Below, piece by piece: positions 40,084 to 48,630 of a DNA stretch of 64,000 bases; within the stretch, counting starts at the first letter, position 1; the number at the start of each line of letters is the position of its first letter. The notes beneath the pieces were generated by a model. It did no database searches. It saw nothing but the letters and a program-made list of their open reading frames with translations, and was not told the DNA's origin. The DNA is from Felixounavirus AN17P8. The position numbers were made by a program, and so were the translations under genes. The stretch is from sequence record OZ035742.1; one strand, written 5' to 3'.

Positions 40084-40548
40084 ATGAACAATATCATTAC
40101 GGTAGCACTGGACGTTACGGCAAACAAATCTGAAGTAGTTCGTAACATTATCAAGAGCAACTTTGAGGGTAAAATCTTCCGTGCTGTCAATGTAAAAGCA
40201 GACGGTAACATTCGGGAGTATCGTGCCCTTTTGAATGTTAAGAAACACGTCAAAGGTGCTGGTTCAACGACTGCACACAAAGAAAACCTGATGACCATCT
40301 ATGATATGGGGATGGCTTCAGAATTAGGTGCTGAAGGTATCGTTAAAGAAGGTGCTCCGTATCGCTCTTTCAATCTGGAAACTGCTCTCATGCTTTCCTT
40401 TACAAGTGGTTCTAAAACAACTACTTATCTCTTTACTGATGCTGCAACGGTATCTGCTATCAAGGATAGCACTGTCAAAGCTGGGGTAGCTGCTGCTGCA
40501 AAAGCTTCTTCGATGGCTGCAAATGTCCTTGCTAAAGTCCTCGGTTAA
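40084..40548 (+). CDS. hypothetical protein
   Basis: 154 aa; terminator follows. Confidence 0.4.
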   Translation: MNNIITVALDVTANKSEVVRNIIKSNFEGKIFRAVNVKADGNIREYRALLNVKKHVKGAGSTTAHKENLMTIYDMGMASELGAEGIVKEGAPYRSFNLETALMLSFTSGSKTTTYLFTDAATVSAIKDSTVKAGVAAAAKASSMAANVLAKVLG

Positions 40549-40560
40549 GGTTAAGATACA

Positions 40561-40582
40561 GGCTCCTTCGGGAGCCTTTTTC
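40561..40582 (+). terminator. rho-independent terminator
   Basis: GGCTCC-ttcg-GGAGCC-TTTTT. Confidence 0.6.
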
Positions 40583-40600
40583 ATTTCAGGAGATTGTTAA

Positions 40601-40948
40601 ATGACATTTAAAGAGTTCTGTCAAGCTACTTTCATAATTGTTTTCTTAGTTGGTGCAGGTGTCTGGGGAGGATACTCTTACAGAGACTATCAAGTTGCTG
40701 AAACTGAGCTAAACAATCAAAAGCTCATAAGTGTTGCTAAAGATGCTTATCAGGAAGGATTAGTCACACTGAGCACCAATTACAAGAATGATTTGAAAGA
40801 TGTGCTTGCTAAGAATAAGCATACAAAAGAGGTACTAACATATGAAAAAACTAAGCCAGAGTTTTATAATGTTTGTGTTACTGATAACTATGTCAGGGTG
40901 TTCAACGAACAAAGTGAACAGTACATTCAAAAACTCCCAAGTAAGTGA
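40601..40948 (+). CDS. N-terminal TM protein (i-spanin-like architecture)
   Basis: RBS ggag; TM helix FIIVFLVGAGVWGG; 3' end overlaps a lipoprotein gene in another frame. Confidence 0.3.
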   Translation: MTFKEFCQATFIIVFLVGAGVWGGYSYRDYQVAETELNNQKLISVAKDAYQEGLVTLSTNYKNDLKDVLAKNKHTKEVLTYEKTKPEFYNVCVTDNYVRVFNEQSEQYIQKLPSK

Positions 40949-41111
40949 GAGTGATAAGTACACTCAAGAAGAATCACGGTATATCATCAAAGGTAACACA
41001 GGCGGTGATGTAGCAGCAGCCCTTGAGTTCTATCGTGATGGATTTTACCAGTGTACACTCAAAGCTAATAACCTTATTGACATGATTTTATTAGGGAATA
41101 AGCAGCAATGA
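40842..41111 (+). CDS. lipoprotein (o-spanin-like position)
   Basis: RBS agagg; signal peptide with lipobox ITMSGC; starts inside the previous ORF and runs past its stop. Confidence 0.35.
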   Translation: MKKLSQSFIMFVLLITMSGCSTNKVNSTFKNSQVSESDKYTQEESRYIIKGNTGGDVAAALEFYRDGFYQCTLKANNLIDMILLGNKQQ

Positions 41112-41377
41112 CAGAGAATCAAGATACTTTCTATGTAGAGGGCTACTTACTGTTACCACGACCAAAAGAAACTTATATGCGAATTGATTTCTCACCAACC
41201 ATCATGGATAATGTGATGTGCCATATCTTTATGCAAGGTGTCACAGCACAACTTAAGCATGTTGGCAAAGAGTGCAAAATAAAGGTTGACACTCATCCAG
41301 AAATCAAAGAAAATCACTACACATGGTTCTTACCAGACTCTAAAGAAATCTTAGCAGTTCTTAAAACGAGGAAATGA
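41108..41377 (+). CDS. hypothetical protein
   Basis: 89 aa, coupled. Confidence 0.35.
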   Translation: MTENQDTFYVEGYLLLPRPKETYMRIDFSPTIMDNVMCHIFMQGVTAQLKHVGKECKIKVDTHPEIKENHYTWFLPDSKEILAVLKTRK

Positions 41378-41688
41378 TTATGCAATTCCAGCCAACAAAT
41401 CGTGGATTTTCTTATGCAGAATTTAAAGATGCTAAAGGGGAAATTTGTACTTTACAAGAGAGTTCATCATACGAACCATGTATCTGGTTAGGTGCTAAAG
41501 AGGTCTCTGTTCAGTACCTAGACAATGGCTGGAAAACACTTGATATCCCAGCATTAGTTGGTAAAGATTTTGTAGGTAATCAAAGAATGAAGCTCAATCA
41601 AGAACAGGTAAAAGAGTTGTTGCCGTACCTCCAATACTTTGCTGAAAATGGTGAATTACCAACAGAGGAACTTACAAATGCAGATTAA
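41374..41688 (+). CDS. hypothetical protein
   Basis: 104 aa, coupled. Confidence 0.35.
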   Translation: MIMQFQPTNRGFSYAEFKDAKGEICTLQESSSYEPCIWLGAKEVSVQYLDNGWKTLDIPALVGKDFVGNQRMKLNQEQVKELLPYLQYFAENGELPTEELTNAD

Positions 41689-42004
41689 TGGAAGAGACTT
41701 TGTAGCCGTTTACTACGAGAAAGGTAAAGAGGTTGGTGTAGCACAAGTAACTTATGGCAATGGTAAGTGGCTATATGGAACAATCGCAGTAGTAGGAACA
41801 AGAAGTGATACAAAAACTTTTAAAGATTGTGTTGACCTTCTTGAAGAATCCATCCAGAATCATTGGTGTCTGATATGGATGACTGATAACGAAGTGATGG
41901 AGCGTTTCAAAAAGATTGATATCAACATTGACAGTATTGAGCATGTTGATTTATATGAGCTAACTGAGAAGGTAAACTATGAAAGTAATACTAGCCAGAG
42001 ATAA
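41678..42004 (+). CDS. hypothetical protein
   Basis: Start trimmed to ATG 41678 with RBS gagg. Confidence 0.35.
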   Translation: MQINGRDFVAVYYEKGKEVGVAQVTYGNGKWLYGTIAVVGTRSDTKTFKDCVDLLEESIQNHWCLIWMTDNEVMERFKKIDINIDSIEHVDLYELTEKVNYESNTSQR

Positions 42005-42206
42005 AAAGACACGAAAACTTATCAGGTCAGCAGTGTTCATTGGACGAAATGAGGTCATCCCATTTACAGCAAATGATGTGATAGCTTACAGGAAGAACTT
42101 AGTATTCACTGACTGCTTACGTGGCTTCATCTCTGAACCATTGGAAGACTTTAAAAGTCGTTGTGGTAAAGGTATCATCATTCAAGAGGCAATTATTCAT
42201 GGCTGA
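41979..42206 (+). CDS. hypothetical protein
   Basis: 75 aa, RBS gaagg. Confidence 0.3.
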   Translation: MKVILARDKKTRKLIRSAVFIGRNEVIPFTANDVIAYRKNLVFTDCLRGFISEPLEDFKSRCGKGIIIQEAIIHG

Positions 42207-42399
42207 CTTCTGTAAAGACTGTTCTATCGAAATGTTCGGACGTGATACAGGTGACTTAAAAGGTCTTATCACTGAAGAGGACTTTAAATATGGCTATGCA
42301 ATGCCAGTAATCTGTGAAGGTTGTGGGTGCATCTGGGTAGACCACGAAGGGCAGCGTGTAAAACCTTCAGAAGATAAAGAATCTTGGGAGAGATGTTAA
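42199..42399 (+). CDS. small zinc-ribbon protein
   Basis: Start trimmed to ATG 42199 with RBS agagg; CKDC...CEGCGC. Confidence 0.3.
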   Translation: MADFCKDCSIEMFGRDTGDLKGLITEEDFKYGYAMPVICEGCGCIWVDHEGQRVKPSEDKESWERC

Positions 42400-43185
42400 A
42401 TGGGTATTGTAAAAATCATCAATGGCGATATCTTTGCCGCATTTGATAAAGGTAAGTTTGACATTATTGGTCACGGTTGCAACTGTATGAATTTAATGGG
42501 TGCAGGTATCGCTGACAAGATTTCTAAACTTTACCCAAAAGCATATGAGACAGATACAGAAGTCTATCTATATGCAGGTGGCATAGGCCACAAACCCTGT
42601 GAAAATTTACTGGGTAATTTCTCTGTAGCACGTTTAAAACAAGGTCGTATAGCTAACCTTTACACTCAGCTTAAGACTGGTAAAGATGCCCGATACAGTG
42701 CTTTAGAGTCATCTTTGAAACAGCTTAACAGATACTGTGAAGTTAACCAGTTGAAGAAGGTTGGTCTACCTATGATTGGTGCAGGTATCGGTGGACTTGA
42801 CCCCCAAGCTGTCACAGTCATCATCAATCAGGTGATGAAGAGTGTAGACGTTTATCTATATGTCTATGAAGGAGAGATGTACCACAAGTTACGCTCAGGT
42901 TGGAAGAACTACTGTGAACCAGAATACTTTGCAGGTGTAGCAGTGTTCACGGATAACGCAGTTACCCTCTTCAGACGAAGAAAAGGTAAGATACATCAAA
43001 GTAACCCTCCGGTTGAAAGGATGTCTCTAAGTAACGCTCTAGTTACCCACCTGTCGAAGAGCAATCACAGAATAGCTGTGACATTTGGTAGTGATGCAGA
43101 TGCTTACATCTATGCAAGAACTGATGAGGATATCGAGGCAATTTTCTCATCACCGGAAGTTACCTTCTTAGACGCAAAGAACTAA
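42400..43185 (+). CDS. macro domain protein (TARG1/DarG-like ADP-ribose hydrolase fold)
   Basis: NGDIF...DIIGHGCNCMNLMGAGIA matches TARG1-type HCISEDCRMGAGIA; second glycine loop GLPMIGAGIGGL; C-terminal ~110-aa extension. Confidence 0.65.
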   Translation: MGIVKIINGDIFAAFDKGKFDIIGHGCNCMNLMGAGIADKISKLYPKAYETDTEVYLYAGGIGHKPCENLLGNFSVARLKQGRIANLYTQLKTGKDARYSALESSLKQLNRYCEVNQLKKVGLPMIGAGIGGLDPQAVTVIINQVMKSVDVYLYVYEGEMYHKLRSGWKNYCEPEYFAGVAVFTDNAVTLFRRRKGKIHQSNPPVERMSLSNALVTHLSKSNHRIAVTFGSDADAYIYARTDEDIEAIFSSPEVTFLDAKN

Positions 43186-43253
43186 GAAACTCTGTAGAAT
43201 ATTCACAATAGACTAAGCCTTTCTTATCTGGTAAATTTTTCAGGTAAGGGGGC

Positions 43254-43438
43254 TTTTTCATTTCAGGATTGTGCAGGTAGAGTTCTGTATAGAAATCTGT
43301 AGAGAAAATTTTGAACTCCAAAGGGAAAATTCATTTTCAAGCTGTGCAGGTAATCTCCAAAGAGCTTTTTCATTTTCAAAACGTGCAGACCCCGCTCAGG
43401 TCGGGCAAGAAAAATCATTTTAGAATCGTGCAGGTAGG
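43254..43438. repeat. four direct repeats TCATTTYnnnnnnGTGCAGGTA
   Basis: Copies at ~43258, 43330, 43368, 43413 with irregular 39-73 bp spacing; between macro-domain gene and cassette. Confidence 0.6.
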
Positions 43439-43621
43439 TGGATGCAGGTGGGGATGTCGCCATTTCTCACAAGGCTACCACATCTGGAAATAAAAGTCAA
43501 CATAAAACTTTGTAGCGGATTGAAAAATAATTCTTGATTGTAGTTCTGTTTTGTGGTAGTCGCGCGCACCCGTTTCATTACAATTTTTGCAAAAAAAAAA
43601 AAAATATTTTTAAAATTCCTA

Positions 43622-43650
43622 TTGACTCTTTGAGTATGGTTATCTAATAT
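43622..43650 (+). promoter_or_regulatory. strong sigma70-like promoter, cassette gene 1
   Basis: TTGACT-N17-TAATAT preceded by a 14-A tract (43591-43604); conserved leader hairpin 43661-43681 follows. Confidence 0.55.
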
Positions 43651-43713
43651 TTGCATCAACGGGGAGGGAATGACCTTCCCCACTAAGTAAAGTCCTAAAC
43701 TGGAGATTCTAAA

Positions 43714-44094
43714 ATGGCATACCGTGCACCTAAATTCATCAATAAAGACAACTTTCGCAACGCACTGGAGAAGTCACTTGATGAGAATTTTAAAGGTAAC
43801 GTTATCGTTGTTCACTCTTTCAATTTCAAGTATGATATCAACGGGAATAAAATCAATCATTACACGGCAACCATGATAGATGGTGCGCTATCAAGTGAAA
43901 AAGCTGTACTAAATGCACTGGCAGGACGTGGAAAGGTTTTAGTAAGATGTGATAAGCGACGTTATCAGGGCGGTGCATATGGTTATGACGATGCTATCTA
44001 TCATCTGGAAAATATGGGCTATCAAGTAGAAAAAGCTGGGGTATCACAAATCATCGGCAGTGATGGCTACGTGACAATCTTCAAAATTAAATAA
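43714..44094 (+). CDS. small protein 1 of promoter-cassette cluster
   Basis: Own promoter TTGACT-N17-TAATAT, 5'UTR hairpin, RBS ggag; 126 aa. Confidence 0.5.
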   Translation: MAYRAPKFINKDNFRNALEKSLDENFKGNVIVVHSFNFKYDINGNKINHYTATMIDGALSSEKAVLNALAGRGKVLVRCDKRRYQGGAYGYDDAIYHLENMGYQVEKAGVSQIIGSDGYVTIFKIK

Positions 44095-44182
44095 AAAGTA
44101 CTTTACAAGGGGCTTATAGTTCGATAAAGTAAGCCCCAGATAAAGAGCTTTACCACTAAATCCTAAATTGGAGAACTTAAAA

Positions 44183-44473
44183 ATGGCTATTATCAAAAAC
44201 GTTGTAATTCCTGCAAAAACTCGTGATGACGCTCGCAACGTGGCTAAAAAGTTATGCGGAAAAGTTGTTGACAACGGGAAGCAATCCGCTGTAAGATGGG
44301 GTGTGAAGGCTGATAAACAGTTGAAGTTAAAAAATTCACCAATAAATCTTTTTACATGTGTAAACACTATCGGGAAGACAAATGTATACACGAAAAAGGC
44401 ATATATTAGATGCGTAGCCTTAACATCTCCAATTCGTACAATGAGAGGTTATGCAAAGCTGAAAATTAACTGA
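44183..44473 (+). CDS. small basic protein 2 of cassette cluster
   Basis: Conserved leader (GGGGCTTA hairpin plus ggag RBS); start moved from TTG 44168 to ATG 44183. Confidence 0.45.
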   Translation: MAIIKNVVIPAKTRDDARNVAKKLCGKVVDNGKQSAVRWGVKADKQLKLKNSPINLFTCVNTIGKTNVYTKKAYIRCVALTSPIRTMRGYAKLKIN

Positions 44474-44561
44474 TAAAGTACTTTACAGGGGGCTTAAAAG
44501 TTGATATCTTAAGCCCCAGATAAAGAGCTTTACCACTAAATCCTAAACTGGAGATTCAAAA

Positions 44562-45125
44562 ATGAAATGCTATCACGGAACTACCCTCAAAAACTTTGTA
44601 AACCTGCTGAATGGTGGCGACAAGCCGGAAGGAATCTGGAACTGCTCATACATGGATGATTGTTTCTACGTTTACCCAATGAACAAGATTATCAAAACGG
44701 AATGTCTGGAAGATGAGGAAGATTCTTACATTCGTGAACGCTGCATTCAAAACGCTTTAGAATCTGGGCTTATTACGGCAGCTTTCCAAATGGAAACGCA
44801 GGACGTAATTGTCATTGAGATGGATATCCCAGAGGAAGAGCTAGAGGATGATTATTCTTGTGACAACATGAGCGATATCGCCAGCTTTACCGGACACTTT
44901 GATAAAAATTGGATTATTGGCCTTCACTCGACGAAATTTAGTGCGATGTATGCACCTTTCTTTGTACCAGATGCAACTAACCGCAATTTAGGCTATGTTG
45001 ACGATGATTTGTTAAGTATGGCGAAAATTGTACAGAATAGCGGTGATAGCTCCGTGTTTTGTGACTTGCTGGATAAAATCACGGCAAACATCACAGAGCG
45101 CAATTTAAAAGACTTTTTAGGTTAA
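44562..45125 (+). CDS. acidic protein 3 of cassette cluster
   Basis: Same conserved leader; 187 aa with D/E-rich patches (EDEEDSY, DIPEEELEDDYSCDNMSD). Confidence 0.5.
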   Translation: MKCYHGTTLKNFVNLLNGGDKPEGIWNCSYMDDCFYVYPMNKIIKTECLEDEEDSYIRERCIQNALESGLITAAFQMETQDVIVIEMDIPEEELEDDYSCDNMSDIASFTGHFDKNWIIGLHSTKFSAMYAPFFVPDATNRNLGYVDDDLLSMAKIVQNSGDSSVFCDLLDKITANITERNLKDFLG

Positions 45126-45188
45126 TCAGTACAAAGACACCAACTTCCAACTTAAGGCCCATACAGGGCCATTTAAAGGGCTTAAATC

Positions 45189-45422
45189 ATGCTTACAACC
45201 ATTTATCTTATCCTTTCTATTTGTAATGGTCATTTATGTGATTTTAAAGGGCTTGAGGAGTTTACAGGGAGTAAAGAAAATGCTATTCAAGTTTGCCAGA
45301 TAGCAAGACAAGACTATCCCGCCAGTGATGATATTCAATGCTACTTTAAGACAGAAGATGAAGACGGCATTTATTTTGATAGTGTTGACGGTCAATATGA
45401 AATTATCATTGAAAAAGACTAG
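45189..45422 (+). CDS. small protein 4 of cassette cluster
   Basis: 77 aa, hydrophobic N-terminus MLTTIYLILSICNGHLC. Confidence 0.4.
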   Translation: MLTTIYLILSICNGHLCDFKGLEEFTGSKENAIQVCQIARQDYPASDDIQCYFKTEDEDGIYFDSVDGQYEIIIEKD

Positions 45423-45448
45423 ACAAACCTGATAAAAGCTTGTAAATT
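45420..45448 (+). promoter_or_regulatory. sigma70-like promoter, cassette gene 5
   Basis: TAGACA-N17-TAAATT followed by leader gtcaatcaacGGGGAGGGaatgaCCTTCCCC. Confidence 0.5.
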
Positions 45449-45512
45449 GTCAATCAACGGGGAGGGAATGACCTTCCCCACTAAATAAAGTCCTTAAACT
45501 AGGAGATTCAAA

Positions 45513-45854
45513 ATGGCTTATGTAACCGTAATTACCGATAAAGCTGACTCATCTTGGTCAACTCAAGTAAGTGACAAGATGTCACCTATGCAGTGCCTAA
45601 AATACTTTGAGCAGTGGAACAAAGGCGAGGATGTAAGCCCCTTTCAGGTAATGCAAATCATCCATGTAGATAATGAAGGCAATAAAACGGTTTTAAATAG
45701 TGAGTACTACGCAAACCGTTTTGAAACTAGAAGTAAAACAATGAAGCTTTTACGTGAATCCGGTTACTCCCATATCGCCGCGCTAATCTGGGATGACCTG
45801 CTAAAAAGTCAGCGTATCAGCTATGTAAAACCTGAAAAAATATTCATCAGTTAA
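45513..45854 (+). CDS. small protein 5 of cassette cluster
   Basis: Own promoter TAGACA-N17-TAAATT, 5'UTR hairpin, RBS ggag. Confidence 0.5.
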   Translation: MAYVTVITDKADSSWSTQVSDKMSPMQCLKYFEQWNKGEDVSPFQVMQIIHVDNEGNKTVLNSEYYANRFETRSKTMKLLRESGYSHIAALIWDDLLKSQRISYVKPEKIFIS

Positions 45855-45984
45855 TCAATAACTTACAAAAAACTTTTAAAAAAGTGTTGACAATACCCCT
45901 TGACATTGGTAACTTTGTTCGAGGGGGTTTATCTAAAAGGGATTCACTTAAAAGATTCTTTATAGATAAGCTTAAAAAATTGCT

Positions 45985-46013
45985 TGCAATCAGATATCAA
46001 AACAAGTAAATTA
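45985..46013 (+). promoter_or_regulatory. sigma70-like promoter, cassette gene 6
   Basis: TTGCAA-N17-TAAATT followed by covarying leader hairpin GGGAGGTaatgACCTCCC. Confidence 0.5.
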
Positions 46014-46073
46014 CTAATCAACGGGAGGTAATGACCTCCCCACTAAATAAAGTCCTAAACTGGAGATTCTAAA

Positions 46074-46604
46074 ATGAACAAGTTCAAAGCTATCAACTAT
46101 ATTCGTTCAAATGCTGTAATGTCAAAGCCTGTAAAAGACACATACGAATTTCGTTGCAATGGGGTACACTTTGCAACCATCACTAAGTCAGAAAACGGGG
46201 CTTATTACGTACATCGTCGTAATGTTGCAACCGTTGTAGTCTCTCACTTTATGCAAGCTGTAGCGGAGTTATTACCGTTATTCTTAGAGATTTATCTAGG
46301 TGAGTGTAAAAACGTTCGTAACCACGTTAAAAACCTTTTAAACGGTTATAAAATGGCTTATGAACGTTCTATCAAGTCCTTAAACAAGTTTTATAAAGCT
46401 CCTGTAAACACTGTTTCAATGGCTTACAGTGTAAGCGGTGAGTTGGTTAGTCTCTTCGAAGTGGAAGAAATCGAACTATATAACTCACGTCCTAGCGGTT
46501 ACTCTAAGACACTAGGAGAGGGCTTATCTTTCAATATCAAGAACTTAGAAAAAACTTTAAAAGATATTGAAAAAGATATTGACGAGACAATCAAAAATCT
46601 GTAA
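46074..46604 (+). CDS. protein 6 of cassette cluster
   Basis: Own promoter TTGCAA-N17-TAAATT, covarying 5'UTR hairpin, RBS ggag. Confidence 0.5.
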   Translation: MNKFKAINYIRSNAVMSKPVKDTYEFRCNGVHFATITKSENGAYYVHRRNVATVVVSHFMQAVAELLPLFLEIYLGECKNVRNHVKNLLNGYKMAYERSIKSLNKFYKAPVNTVSMAYSVSGELVSLFEVEEIELYNSRPSGYSKTLGEGLSFNIKNLEKTLKDIEKDIDETIKNL

Positions 46605-46607
46605 ATT
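46579..46607 (+). promoter_or_regulatory. sigma70-like promoter, cassette gene 7
   Basis: TTGACG-N17-TAAATT embedded in 3' end of gene 6; same leader hairpin. Confidence 0.5.
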
Positions 46608-46683
46608 ACTAATCAACGGGGAGGGAATGACCTTCCCCACTAAATAAAACCCTTAATCAACTTCCTAAACTGGAGATTCTAAA

Positions 46684-46932
46684 ATGGCTACTATCCGCGC
46701 TACTGTTAACGAATTTGGTTTTTACTCTCTGGATGTTAAATTTGACCTTGTAGGCACTGATAACGCCTTTGAAATGGTGAAAGGCCTTATCAGCCAGACC
46801 ATCAGCGATTACAATCCTTCTGATGAATTCTGGAAAGAAACAAAAGAGGAAGTTCTCAAAGAGGGTTACACTTATCACTATTGGGGTGAAAAAATTGTAT
46901 CCCTGTACTACGACAAAGAAGGCACTAACTAA
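46684..46932 (+). CDS. small protein 7 of cassette cluster
   Basis: Own promoter TTGACG-N17-TAAATT (inside 3' end of previous gene), 5'UTR hairpin, RBS; terminator follows. Confidence 0.5.
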   Translation: MATIRATVNEFGFYSLDVKFDLVGTDNAFEMVKGLISQTISDYNPSDEFWKETKEEVLKEGYTYHYWGEKIVSLYYDKEGTN

Positions 46933-46942
46933 ACGCCGCAAC

Positions 46943-46993
46943 GGGGCTAAATAGCCCCAGATACCTTTGCAGCCCCTTAAATGGGGCTTTTTT
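46943..46993 (+). terminator. double hairpin terminator ending the small-gene cassette
   Basis: GGGGCTaaatAGCCCC then AGCCCC-ttaaat-GGGGCT-TTTTTT. Confidence 0.6.
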
Positions 46994-46995
46994 AC

Positions 46996-48600
46996 GTCTA
47001 TCGAATCCTTATACAAACCCTTTCCTTCTCCTTTCTAGAATCTTATCAGACCTTAAAAAGCAATAACTCTATAGCCTACTCTATAGCCTTTTATCAAATC
47101 AGTTTAAATATAAGCCCATAACCCGAAAGGGAAGGGCAACCACTATAACGCTCTATAACGCTCTATAACAGCCTTATCAACCTAACTTAAGCAATCATAT
47201 TAACCCACTCTAAAAAGCCCTTTATAGAGCTTCTTAGAGCCTTAAAAGAATCTTATAAGTGTGTAAGCTTTATCATCTCGTTAGTTATCTTGTGAACTAC
47301 TAAAAAGGGCTTGTTATTGTCTTAAAAGTATGTTATAGGGGCTATGAAGTTACTTTGAAGTAGCTTAAAAGTTACGTAAATGCTAGCCCCCTTAACATTT
47401 TCTTAACAATTTCTTAACAAATTCTACATAGTTATGCTTGTTAGAGACTTGTTAGCCTCTTGTTAAATCTCTGTTAAGACCACGTAAAAGCCTTGTAAGA
47501 GTCTTTGGCATAGCCTTCAAAGCTCCTGTAAAGCCCTATAAAGAGCTATCCGTACAGTTGAGGGGTAAATACTAGGGAGAGACTTAAAAGAGCCTATAAA
47601 GAGCTATAGAGAGCTTTTAAAAGGTATGTTTAAAGAATCACTAAGAAAGGAAAGGGAATGATAAGAAAGAAGAGTTGTGTTTGTAAACAACCACTGTGAC
47701 CATGTTAATAGCTTGTTAAAAAGATTAAACACTTGTTAGAAACTTGTTAATTATCTTAACAAAATAACTTTTTAAAATTAACTATATAACTCTTGTTAGT
47801 CATCTGTTAAGCATCTGTAAAGACTATTCAGCACTTGTTAGAAAACTGTTAAGCTCTTGTTAGTTCTGTTAAGAATCTGCTAAGACCTTTGAAGAGTTGT
47901 TAAGAAGATGTGAGAACTGTTAAGAGATTGTTAAGGATATTTTAAAATTCTGCAAAGTACTTGTAAGGGAGCTGTTAAGGGCTACCAAGCAGATATACAT
48001 CTTCTACAGATATTTTTCAGTTCCTTCAAAGACCCTAAAAAATGACTTGATAGTCCTATTTTATAAAAATTTTAAAATTCTGAATAATTACCTATACAGT
48101 CTTTTAAAAATACAGGTAGAAACAGGCTTATAAGATACCTTGTTAGTACCGTGTTAGACCTTGTGAGATAAGGTCTGTAAAGATATTCCTGTTAAGTTTG
48201 TTAAAACAGTCTATATAGAGGCTTAGTAATACCTAGTGAACACCTATAGAGGGTGTCATAGCTGACATAATGGGTTACTGTTAAGTAACACAGATAACCT
48301 AGAGATTAAGAGGTGTATAGGGGCTTCTAAGAGTGTGTAGAGAGATGGTTAAGGTGATTGTATAGGCTGTTAAGAAGGCTTGTTAGAAGAGTGTTTAGAA
48401 GGTTTGTTAGAGGGCTAGTTAGAAGGGTTATACAGAGGGGCTATTAAGACCACTAGATAATTACTAAGATACTATATAGTACTATATAACTATATAGAGA
48501 GTAAGATTAAGAAGGTTGTTAAGAAGGGTAGATATTTTATTCACATATGATGGTGACCCAGAGGTTGGGACAACCGATAAAATTTTATAAAAATTAAAAA
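46996..48600. repeat. non-coding iteron-rich region (YTTGTTAR/CTGTTAAG, ~12-bp phasing)
   Basis: More than 30 copies of TTGTTAG/TTGTTAA/CTGTTAAG, several runs at 11-12 bp periodicity; also CTCTATAACG x3 and TATAAAGAGCT repeats; no ORF over 60 aa. Confidence 0.7.
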
Positions 48601-48630
48601 GCCCCCAATTAAGGAGGCTCTTAAGATATT

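Noticed and set aside
38852-41111. Calling 38852-41111 the phage lysis cassette (endolysin plus spanins)
   Set aside because: A clear T4-type lysozyme is encoded 12 kb away at 52863-53327, and the candidate o-spanin lacks proline richness; kept only as low-confidence alternatives.
43254-43438. Possible CRISPR array from the four direct repeats
   Set aside because: Repeats are imperfect, unequal in length and irregularly spaced (39-73 bp), with no cas genes; more consistent with protein-binding sites.
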